This document shows, piece by piece, positions 26,647 through 37,526 of a stretch of DNA of 64,000 bases (position 1 is the stretch's first letter; each line of letters begins with the position of its first letter). The stretch is taken from the NCBI RefSeq assembly GCF_037042905.1, contig NC_087251.1, positions 2,606,001 to 2,670,000 of the forward strand, in the 5' to 3' direction. The translations under genes and the position numbers were made by a program. The notes under the pieces were generated by a model that saw only the letters and a program-made list of their open reading frames with translations, made no database searches and was not told where the DNA came from. Source of the DNA: Lytechinus pictus (taxonomy: Eukaryota).

Positions 26647-29389
26647 TCTGATAGTACTAGTCTCAGGTCACGTCTGAAGGCAATCTTAAGTTGGCCTATG
26701 TTTAGACTTGAGAAACGATATTACTTTCCTATGTCACATATAACCATGTTACCACATATACAATGTATTCTTTGGTGTAACAGAGGTTACAGATCTTCAA
26801 ACTACTTCCAGAATTGCAGGTGTGAGATCAGACTCTTGTCTGGTATTTACATGAAACAGGGGTCTGAGATAATTCTCAATGATCTGAGCTAGTCTACTAA
26901 TGCAGACTGTATTATGAAACTTGGTCACAATTCCAAAGCATTGAGCAGAGTCTAACCATGGAGCTATAATAGCTCCATGGTCTAACGGTGCCAGACTCTG
27001 CAAGAACATCGGAAACACCAAATGTATGAAGCATAAACATGATTACATCAGTCTTGTATTATATATTAATCCACGTTTTGCAAAGTATGCAATAAGGGTT
27101 TTTCTTTTGAAACTAAATCTGACCTCATCACAGGTGCTATACAATATTTTGTTAGCTGTGTAATAAGCAATGGACCATGCACAAATATCTTTGCCTAATG
27201 AGACATTTAAAAAGAGAATTATCTGGGGGCATTTTTTCCATACAGGACATCACCATTCATATTTTTTTATTCACAGATTTGTACATTCAAACTTCTAAAG
27301 AGTTGAAGGAAATTATAGTCTTTCTTCAACCGTGTCACACTCAAAACTGTTCAGTTTATTCAGTTTTGCCTTGCCAAAGGACAGTGTTATGGAACTTTTT
27401 TATATTCACTGTAAGGGTATGTATTGTAGGTTTTCTGATCAATTGCTAGCCCCTTGTGGTTACAATCCTGCTTAAACTTCCACCTGATAACTTAGACATT
27501 TTACATCAAACATCAAAATGTACAGTGTTGATAGGCCTAAAGGCCTATACTTTGTTTTCTAAAACTCAGAACACCAAAAGAAAATACATGCTACTTGTTG
27601 AGATTACAAAAACGTTTGCAGAGATATTCCTACAATGTGAACTAGCGGAATTAAATCTTGCATCTCGTCCACCAATCATACCATACTTGTATGTTGGTAA
27701 CTTTGAGAATTTATCCCGGCCAATATTGCTCAGGTGAGTATATGAATGTGAAAAATTGTTATCAATTAGGTCCCTCCATATGGTATTGAGACAAGAACAA
27801 GTTTTATTTTGATGATCCAGTCAATGTGAAATCTCAGTTTGAGGAATAGGAAATTTATAGAGCATAAATAATGGTGATGCCATTCACTTGTATGCACATT
27901 TAGTTGTATTTGTCTTTGACACCATGAGAAGGAACAAGATCAGGAAATGAAGGAGGGCAAACTATTCTAAAGATATAGAAAAGAAGAGCTTTGTTTGCAT
28001 TTTATGAATTTCAATCAACGACTCAGACAAGTGTACACAGAGTAGGATGGAAGAAGCATAATAAACACTTCACTCAGACAGTATGCAAGTATTTGACTTC
28101 AACAAGTGAGCTCAAGAATTTAGGAAAAGATTTTCTGACCAAGTACTGTAGAATGCATTCTTTAATTGGCATGGTACGATTGGATCGCAGGTTACATTTT
28201 TTAGGGGATGGACAGACTTCATATAAGTTTATTGTTTTGATGCTTTTTTTCCTCTGTTGTAACACATTTAATTTTCCTTTTTTAATATAAAAAAAAGGAT
28301 ATGATACAATTTGTTTCAATTCATAATGTCTTTTTCTGTCATAGTTCTTGTAATGTAAATCTGATACCTTGTAAACCCTCAATAGAAGAATATGCAGATC
28401 TGAGCCAAATTGGTACTGCAGATACAAACCAATGAGAAGGGTAAAAATGGCACAGAACTGGAAGCCTGACTGCTGGGATCCACACCACTCTTCCAGAATT
28501 TTGGGTAATCCTGCTATTTATAAAGATGGCCTCAATGAAAACCTTTTTTTTTTCACAAAAAAGCAAAACAATTTTGAGGTCCTTTGAAGTCCCAATCCCA
28601 TTTATAAGATTCTGATTGAGCCCCTATGGCTATACAATGATCATAAACATGACTACATTCGTTATTCTTATCCTGCATATCTCTCCCACTCTCTTCCATT
28701 TTCATTGTCTCCTGTATTGAAGAGTCTATATGAATAGATGTTCACATTCTTGTAGCCTCTTCATGTGATCTAGCAAACAGACCGAAATCCTGTCAACTTT
28801 TCCCACACTCCTCACCTCTGGAGGAGTAATCAGAGTTCTGATAGCACCATCCAAGTGGGTACGTCACTAGATCAAAGCAAGTCTTTCACGGCTCTGCATT
28901 TTCCTATTGCTTCATTCTGTGCTTTATAACAAGAAAACCAGAAGAAACTTCTCTTTAAATATGCATCGCTATTCAGGTCATTTTAGAAGGTAAACACACA
29001 AGTGTCTACAATTGTTAGTCAATTATGGTTTAGAGTGTGAAGAGTAAACTAGAGAGAGATTGCCACTGTTGGAAAAAACATATGATTCCTTCAACCGCTT
29101 TTCCAACCACTCTGATGAAACAACCATCATTTTGTTGGGGTTTTTTGGTGAAAATGAAGAAAATATGATGAAAAGAGCATTTGCTTACTTGGCAAATATA
29201 AAACCACATGTCTTTCACTTTGTTATTCTACTATTTTTTTAAAGTTTAACCCCCCCAAACCCTTCCATGGTTTATTTTTCACAGTGTTCTGTATTCATAT
29301 ATTCAGTTGGCTGGATTGAACCCGCCATTCATAAATGAACCAAACAACTTGTCTCCTGAATGTTTAAAGGTACACTGTTGAATAATCAT

Positions 29390-29500
29390 AGTTTGAATCT
29401 CAACTTGTAATCAGAGGGTGCAAGTTCATATCAATCCAAGTAAATGGCATCATTTGGCAAGGCATTAATCCACATTCACTTTAGCACTCTTCACCCATGG
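29390..29500 (+). mobile_element. Highly degenerate SINE head and central domain
   Basis: CTTGTAATCAGAGGGT...TTTGGCAAGGCATTAATCCAC...CACTCTTCACCCA. Confidence 0.55.
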
Positions 29501-30247
29501 GTTTTATTTCTGAACATACAAACAGATTGCAATGTTGATCTGATGATAAAGAATTTTTGGATATATGTGAAATTTATGATATAGAGGATAATTCCTTTAA
29601 AAAGAAGTTGGGTGCCGATGATCTGTTCTATTCTCTCTCAGCTATCACGCCATTTCATTCTGATTCAATGACTCTCAATAAACACGATTTGCCTGCTGAT
29701 TTTCTATGGAAACCTTCTCGCTGTGATACCGCAGAAACTCTTTTCATAAATCATACACTTTGTAGTTATTATTTTTAATCACCTCATTGTACCTTGCTCA
29801 CTCTTTTTATTTCTATCTCAGATTTTGTTCTGTCTATCTCTCTTCCTCTCATTTTTTGGTGATTGCTATTTCCTTCATTCCATTTTACCACCTATTTCCA
29901 CCACCTATCTCCTCTTCTGTATTTTCTTTCTATCTCTCCCTCATTAGTTGAGTAATCACCTGTAAATATTGTGAGAACTAATGTTCTCCCATTTTATTCT
30001 ACTGAAATTCATCATAAATTCTTATTTGGCCCATTTACACCAGCAAAATATACTAGTTCGCAATAAATAATAATTTTTAGTAGTCTAGCATTTTACACCG
30101 CTAAGAAAATCTGGAGTACTTTGTCTTTGTTCTTTTTGTTTTGCATAGCATTTTTTTTCTATTTACTGCATTAAATTTCAAAGGAGCAGTATATATGCAC
30201 CAAATATTTAACTAAATCTTCACATGAAAAACATGTATTGAGCAGTG

Positions 30248-30500
30248 CAGTAGCGTACGCAGGATTTTTGAAGGGGGGGTTCAAGCTGAATGAAATGTTG
30301 ACAAGCAAAAAAAAAAAGGTCTTCACCAACAATTTCACATCTTTTACTACCCTAAAAAAAATTGACAAGCAAAAAAAAAAAGGTCTTCAAATTTTTTTTT
30401 TTTTTAAGGAGGGGATTTTGAATTCTTAGTGGGTTTTTTTGGTATAAAAAAAATTAAGGGGTGTTTGAACACCAGTAACCGACCCCCGCGTATGCTACTG
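30248..30500. mobile_element. hAT-like MITE
   Basis: TIR CAGTAGCGTACGC/GCGTATGCTACTG. 8-bp TSD GAGCAGTG/AAGCAGTG with one mismatch. Confidence 0.8.
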
Positions 30501-32497
30501 AAGCAGTGTTGAAATATATAGACTCTTGTTTGTTTGTTTGTTTGTTTTCACTTCTAAAATTTAAATTTTATATTCTCCATTATTTTTTTTTATTGAAACT
30601 CGGCGTACAAATAACAGATTCTCAGTTCTAATTATTTAATCCTTTCACTCCACTTGTACATTTGTTAATTAATGACAAAACTTTTGGTAGAGAGACTTGT
30701 TGAACTTATGAATTATGTTTGTATTTTGTTTTGCCTCTATTCCATAATTACACTGCATTGTATTTGTACGATATGTATAACTGATATGCTGTATCTATGA
30801 TTGTTACAAATTTCTTTTGATGGGAAGTATTTCCATGTATGACAAATTGTATATTGAATAAGAGAAAAGAAAATTACTTTTCTTGATACCAATTTTCAAC
30901 AGCCAAGTTCATTAAACCGTAGATTTTCAAACCATCAACAAAGTAAAAGGAATAACAACATTTTTTTTCTCAGGTTATTATAGAAGAACACAACCAACAT
31001 CTCTCTTTTTCATACCCTTTTTCTTCCTTGTTGACCTTTCTTATCTTTAAAAAAAATATTTTTTCATGTTTTTTTCTACTGCTTCTCTTCTTTTTTTCAC
31101 TTTTTAAAGAAATCATTGGGGCGTTTGCCCCCTCTCTCCCTCTCTTGCCAGCCCTGAGTATACCAATCCTAGAAGATGTTTATCAGAGTGAAACTAAAAT
31201 AAGAACATGACTAACATTATGCTTACTTTATGATAATAATCTTTATTGATGTAATGATACTAATCTGCCTCAAAAGAGGTGAAATGAATAATGTATTCAC
31301 GCATCCTGTAAGGTCTTCAGGGTTTTGATTTCTTATCAAAAAATATGATCAGAAACCCTTCCCATGATTCTCTTTCCCTTCAAGGAAGGTGAAATACAAT
31401 AAGATGAAGATTATGATATGGGTGAAACATATTTAACCTCACAGAGCCATTCAATCATGATATCATCTGGAATTCAGGATAGAAAATTGTTCAGTCATTC
31501 CATTTGGACTATTCTTAAATGAAAAACATTCCTTTGAAAAACAATCATAAGAGTTTACAGATGTCATACATTTAGAATTTTTTGAGGGATTGGGGTCATA
31601 AGGCATGAAACCTATGGTAAATTTGATCATCCTATTCCCTTCAAGATCGTTTTGACTGGACTGGCCAGAATCGGGGAGGGGGGTATAATTATGACACATT
31701 TGAACAGGTCATATATCTAATCGCTTAAGGGTAATAGCAAAGAAATAGACTATATCCATCATTCTGTTCATATGAAAGATTCATATTGTTACATAATCTT
31801 ACAAATTTCCTGTGATATCCCAGTAGATACTGTTTACTTTGACTGTGTAAGGGTTCAGTGTAATCTTTTCTCCTTCATGTTTGCTTCAAGAAATTTTCAT
31901 GCAAGGTCTACATTGCAGCCTTGTCTTTCTGTGTAGACCCTTTACTTGATATACATGTATCATCCTTGTAAATGCCCACTTAGAGATAATATTCACACCC
32001 CAAAGTGTGATGAAAACCATGACATTGCATCCCGGAAAAAGGATGATAGTTGCAATCCCTCCCAACTCCCTGGTATAAATGCCCCTTTAGTGTATATAAT
32101 GTGAACACTAAAGAAGAAAAGTACATTCACATATTTCATGATCAGTCAACCAAAATCCAATCTCAATCTCAATGATAAATGCTGAAAGCTGTCAAAAAGG
32201 GATTAAATGATTCATTCATGCAGAAGAAATGGTAAAGTATCCAACAGTTTTTTCTGCTAGATTTCACTGTAAGAGATGTCTCCTTTCATAACCTGGGAGG
32301 AATTCTGATTGATAAAACATCAAATAGTAGAAAAAAATGGTCTTAAGAATTTATTTTTAATGTTCAAATATTCTGTCATTTAAATCATTGTGTTCATTGC
32401 CTATTCATTGTGTGTTATATTTTGAGTTCCTATCGGGGGGGGGGGGGGGGGGGGGGTAGGTGGTAGCCCATCTAGGTGTTACACAAAATATCAGAAA

Positions 32498-32872
32498 AGG
32501 CCACCGCACATCTTACGACCCGACTGGTCTACGACTGGCTTGCGACTGAGTGAGGGGAGATGTGATGTCACAGCTCTCGTCAGCTTGAAAGTCGCAGACC
32601 GGTCAGAGACAAGTCGCAAGGAAGCTCAATCCAACTTCCAGCCAATCAGACAGCAGAGTTGCACAACGCTTATAAGGTTTACAACGTGCATACGCAGTAG
32701 TAAGCACCATTTTCTCAGTTGCTATGGCAAAAAGCATAATGCGCATGCGTGAGTCGCAGACGGATCGCAAGGTGTGCGGTGTCGAGGCTTATGACTACCT
32801 TGCGATTCATCTCTACTCACTCAGTCACAAGCCAGTCGTAGACCAGTCGGGTCGTAAGGTGTGCGGTGGCCT
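32498..32872. mobile_element. Palindromic MITE (Harbinger-like termini), CpG-rich
   Basis: ~55-bp near-perfect TIR starting AGGCCACCGCACA(T/C)CTTACGACCCGACTGGTCTACGACTGGCTTG. Confidence 0.85.
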
Positions 32873-33477
32873 TTATACATCTGATGCATGACTACAAACC
32901 GTGACTGCAAAACCACCGCCGATACACTACACAAGAATCTACTTCCTATTATCGTTCATAGAGGGTATAACTCAATTAAGACTTGGTGCTTTAGGGATGG
33001 TTCATTCATGAAACAATGGAGGTAAAAGACCTCCATGATGACACTATGAACAGACAATCGTTTATTGTTGAGTGCTCTTATCTAGATATATAGGCTAATG
33101 ATTTGCAAGAGTAAAGAAAGAAAAAAATGAATTTGTTCATATCTCTAAAGTTGAGAGATTTAAAAGAGGGAAACTAGTTGTAAAACCAGCAATTGACAGG
33201 TATATAAATGGCTTTGATTGATAAGTTCTGGAGCTTTTGTCAGCATAAGATACAAACATGTAAAGAAAGGGGGTATCAGAGTGATTGAGTCTGATACCTG
33301 TCTAATGGCATTATTATTTAAACAGCACATTAAATCAGGGGGAAATAGTGCAGAGCAAACTACTACCTCAGTTTTCACCCAATGCTCATAAGTCTATTGA
33401 TCTTGGAGTGGAGACATGCAAAACAAAGTTATTTATTCGTGAAGAGATTCATCCGATTTTCATTTGTTCATTTTCAG

Positions 33478-33595
33478 TTTCTCATGGACTGCCTCGCTGC
33501 CGATACTCCCCATTTCTACGGCAAGTCAGCGCTAGTCTGAACATGGACCTAGGTCTGAAGAAGCCTGTAGAAATGAGTAGGCGAAAGCTCACATG
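33478..33595 (+). CDS. Candidate penultimate coding exon: (x)SHGLPRCRYSPFLRQVSASLNMDLGLKKPVEMSRRKLT(W)
   Basis: Acceptor TTTGTTCATTTTCAG| and donor ATG|GTAAAA. Exactly one open frame, which stops just past the donor. Five CpGs in 118 nt inside CpG-poor DNA. No TIR or repeat features. Confidence 0.6.
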
Positions 33596-33865
33596 GTAAA
33601 AATCAAAATTGATTGTGAAAAGATGAAACTTTGTTTTATTAAAGTTATTTATTTAATGTGTGAGAAATCACATTGTAATGGCAACGTCATATCATATGTT
33701 TGAATTCTGAAATACATTTATTTTTATGACCAACAACAAATCGCGTGAACACAACTTAGATTAAACTGAAAAATTGTGTTTTCTGGGTTGTAGTTTTGAT
33801 GAACAGAGCCATAGTCACTTTCTCTTGTAAACACTTCTTCTCACCTTATCATGTTTTTGTTTCAG

Positions 33866-33902
33866 GATTAGGAACCAGCTGCAGAGACTAAAACCATTTT
33901 AA
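33866..33902 (+). CDS. Candidate terminal coding exon: (W)IRNQLQRLKPF-stop
   Basis: Branch-like CTCAC plus TGTTTTTGTTTCAG| acceptor. Joins 33595 in phase (TG|G = Trp) across a 270-nt GT-AG intron. TAA at 33900-33902. Confidence 0.55.
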
Positions 33903-34571
33903 TTAATCCTCATTAACTTGGCTTTGTTCAGTCTAAAAGGAAGAGAAATCTTGTCCACTCACTCATCTCCAGGAATTCCTTTCAATCCTCCTTGAGGATT
34001 AGGCCTTCCCAGTCATAGCCAACCCCTCTTTACACTAGTAAAAACAAAATCATACTATTAGGCCACCCCTTCATTTTTTATTTGAAGTTTCATAAAATCA
34101 AATAGCTAAAGTTAATTGTCAAAATTTAATCAAAGTTCTTCATTTTTTTTTATTTCAATATATTAATTGACAAAAATATATTAAAGAGCCTCTTTTACAC
34201 TGGTAGTTTAAATATTTTGATTTACATTATTAAAAAGATAGTGTTGACTATACAAAAGAAAAGAAAAAGGGTATTATAAGCACTTAATGATGAGTAGGTA
34301 ATAAGGAGCAGAGCTTCACTACGCAATTTTTTTTTCTGACCGTCCCTGTATGTCCAATTTTACCCCAAACCACTGAAGTTCAAGAAGGGATTTTCCCTAG
34401 TCTGAATAGGGGTTAAGAATCATTATCACATGCTGTGTATAGAACCAGCATTGAAGAGAACGTAAATCCGTGTGAGAACGTTTTGAGTTGAGAGGGGGCA
34501 ATGTTTGAACATGGACCATGGTTTGAAGGAGGGGTGAACCTAATTCACATCAGAAATATAATCATCTCTAA

Positions 34572-34967
34572 GGGTGTGTTCAATGTCGGTTTCCAAATTT
34601 AAACGGCAACATGGATCATGATTGAAAACAGGATTACAAAATGCATATTTAATGAGAAACAAAGGGTATGTTCAACGTCCGCTATTCCCGGTCGTAAAAG
34701 TAAACATCTTTCAAATCATGATTCGGAGGAAAATTTAAACATTGAAAAAGATGCATTTGTAAACGCAATCAGCTCAAATTTACGACCTTGACAGCGCGAA
34801 TGCGGCATTGAACATGATTGAGTTTTGAAACGTCTTTGAATTTGCTTTCGCAGTGGAAGCCTACACAAACAAGTGCCAGAACTGACCTTTGTTGTGATGG
34901 GTCAGATTGCGCAATAAGAAAGTGGGAAATTTAAAGACGATCAACATTATAAACAGTTTTATATTTT
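34572..34967 (+). mobile_element. MITE family B, copy 3 (right end missing)
   Basis: TAA|GGGTGTGTTCAATGTC start. Colinear with 18129-18500 until just before a SINE head. Confidence 0.8.
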
Positions 34968-34974
34968 AAAGTTA

Positions 34975-35130
34975 GGAGGTGCTGTGGCTGAGTGGTCTAA
35001 GGTGCCTGGCTATACAAAGAAAGTCCGGGTTCGATCCCTGGCCGCGGCACCTATGCCCATGAGCAAGGCATTTAATCTACAATGCTATTTTATCCTGCTT
35101 TCAAATAAATGGAAATGCTATATGCATTAT
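34975..35130 (+). mobile_element. tRNA-derived SINE of another subfamily, 3'-truncated
   Basis: A-box TGGCTGAGTGG and B-box GGTTCGATCCC, then CCCATGAGCAAGGCATTTAATC central domain. Confidence 0.75.
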
Positions 35131-35396
35131 TGGTCAGTGGTCTCAGTTATTTTAAGGGGAAGCTCATCCTCACAATAAGTTGTTTTTATTTTTAATAAAA
35201 GCAGAAAATATAGAGAAAATTAGAGACCAAGATCAAGGTTTGATAAAAAATCCATCAAATAATTAGAGTTTTTTGAATTTGTGAAGTCATTTGCAAGCAG
35301 CTTATCCAATGTGTCAGTAATGCCCCATGTGTCATGCTACCTATAGGACCTATTCAATAAATTTCTTTTTTTTTATAATCTATGATGACTGACATT

Positions 35397-35874
35397 AGGT
35401 GGTTTCAAACCGCCTCGATCACAAGAATCCCCGTTAAATTACGAGAACTTTTTTAGGCTGAAAAATACCCATTAATTATTCCTGCATTCACACCGCCCTG
35501 AAACATACCCTTCGGGATAAGTTCCTGAAGTTACGAGCATGCGCAGTATGGTCTGATAAGCAGCAAGGCGCGAAATTCAAAATCACTAGCCCAGCAGCAA
35601 CCCATGCACGGCGCCGCACCCAACGACACGCTGGGCTAAAAGTTCCCGTAATTTGCTTTCAGACCGCCAAAATACCCACGACCTTGGAAAAATCCCCGCG
35701 AAAGTTCTCGTAATTTCGCCAAGTACCTACTATTTATCGGGTATTTTCTTTCGGGGATATTACGCGTAGTTTGCTTTCAGACCGCCAAAATACCTGGTAT
35801 TTTCTGATCGGGGTAAATTTCCCGATCAGAGAATACCTGGAACTGGCGAACTTCGAGGCGGTCTGAAACCACCT
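35397..35874. mobile_element. MITE family A, copy 3 (CpG-intact)
   Basis: TIR AGGTGGTTTCA(A/G)ACCGCCTCGA with 3-bp TSD ATT/ATT. Confidence 0.9.
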
Positions 35875-35884
35875 ATTATCTAGA

Positions 35885-36226
35885 TGAGCTGTGTAGAGTA
35901 GTGGTTCTGACTTTCCTTGTTATTAGAGGGCTTGTGTTCAAATCTCACTGTGGTCTAGCATCCTTTGGCAAGGCATAAATCCACTCTTTGCCACTCTCCA
36001 CTAGTCTGCTGGGCAAACCCTTCACTCGAGTTAAGGGTCTGAATGTGCAGCCTACTCATGCCTTGTGTACTGAAGGCTCTCTCGCTCAGTATTGGAACAG
36101 CAAGTTTTGTATGTGCTAGTCTTTGCGTGGAGGCACACTTGTTGATCAAAGTTCCAATGAGGGTCTGTGCCTGCAGACTAACTCTCCACCCATGTGTTAC
36201 ACAGTTACTGTGTAGGATGTGAAAGA
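35885..36226 (+). mobile_element. Degenerate SINE interrupted by a 179-bp element
   Basis: GTAGTGGTTCTGACT...GTTCAAATC...GCATCCTTTGGCAAGGC...GCCACTCTCCAC [insert] ...CCATGTGTTA...GTAGGATGTGAAAG. Confidence 0.75.
36002..36180. mobile_element. Short TIR element with 9-bp TSD (AcademH-like or Mutator-like)
   Basis: Termini TAGTCTGC...GCAGACTA. Perfect flanking duplication ACTCTCCAC (35993-36001 and 36181-36189). Confidence 0.85.
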
Positions 36227-37397
36227 CACCGTTCTCCTAAAACTAGTTGGTTTGTTTTATTGCCTGTTATGCAGACTCACTGTGTGATGAAGTGATTCAA
36301 ACACTTTTAAATGCAGAAACTCCATAGATTCAACTTATTATTATTATTTGTTGTTGTCTAGACTTGGCCTTTAAGACATCTATCTTTACAAGATAGATGT
36401 CAAGCTTAATGATCTGTCAGGTCATCAGAAACTCACGTGATACACCAGTGAGGCCTGGCTTAATCTTACAACTCCAAGATTACTCATGCATCTTAATTAG
36501 TTACAACACCTCCCAAATTACTAATGGATAGATAAAACACAAAATAATGTGTAATTGAATGAATAATAAAAGAAAAAGTGAATGAGTAGATTATCAAATA
36601 CATCTATAAATCAATGCATACACAAAGGAATTATCAGATGATTTAAAAAAAATTGTATTATGAGATTCAAAGGAGGGTATTTAATTCTTATGTAATGGAT
36701 CGGTTTAGTATTTATCTCAACTCCCTGATATTGTATATCTTGTATAAATGCAGTTCTTTTTCTGCAAATTTTAGATCAAATACAAAATTCCCTGTTTTTG
36801 TAGATAGATCTGTGCCTACTATATCAGGACAGTATTTAACACAACAGATCTTGAAGCGTAATCTTCATACACTCTACTAGTATATAATCAGACTAAAGCT
36901 ATTTTATTATTGGAATGACATACTATATAACTTAAAAATTAAATTCCTTCATTTTCCTCTTGTAACTTTCAAATGTGAACATGTTTGTTGCATTCCTGTG
37001 GAGATGGTCTATAGTTAGTCTCATTAATTATCTGCTATGGAGTGTGGGAACCGGCTAGTGTATATCCTCAAACCCCATCCTTTCTCTCTCTTCACCCTCT
37101 CACATTGCATTGTTTGGATATTGACAGACAACAGATGAGTGATAATAAGATTTGAGTGTGTATAGGAATGGATCAATACTGGACTAATTATACTCAGCAT
37201 TTCAACTCAGTTCGTTGACTCGTCTCCAACAATGCAATCTGGCAGAATAGCATTTGAACCAACATTTTGATTAATTGTAAATCCTAGTTTTTAGCCTAAA
37301 TCAGATTAAAATAAAAATAAAAAAAATTGGGAGAGCAGGCCTGAAGCACAGCCTTATTTGACCAGATATGGTAATGAATTTCAGAAGACAAACTACT

Positions 37398-37526
37398 CTT
37401 GTATGCATTTCATAAAGCATTTTGTCAGATTAAATGCTCTTGACCAATCAGATGCAAGGATCACAGTAGCTTTTAACAATTGTAAATGAAAATCACTGCC
37501 AAATTGTGTCATGAAATACACCCCTG
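37398..37526. mobile_element. Short decayed MITE
   Basis: TGCATTTCATAA versus TCATGAAATACACCCC. Internal CCAATCAG. Confidence 0.55.

Larger units (their letters stand above)
23862..26671. repeat. 79-bp tandem satellite, about 22 units, interrupted by two insertions
   Basis: Unit CACTCAATTAAAAGATCGAACTTGAGAAGTAAGACCCTGTCACACACAGATCTATCTACCTCTGATAGTGGTCTCAGAT, with 78-, 75- and 71-bp deletion variants. Confidence 0.95.

Noticed and set aside
27622..27733. Possible extra exon ending at a strong donor CAG|GTGAGT
   Set aside because: No good polypyrimidine acceptor, and the frame that would link it to the exon at 33478 contains a stop. It cannot be excluded without RNA data.
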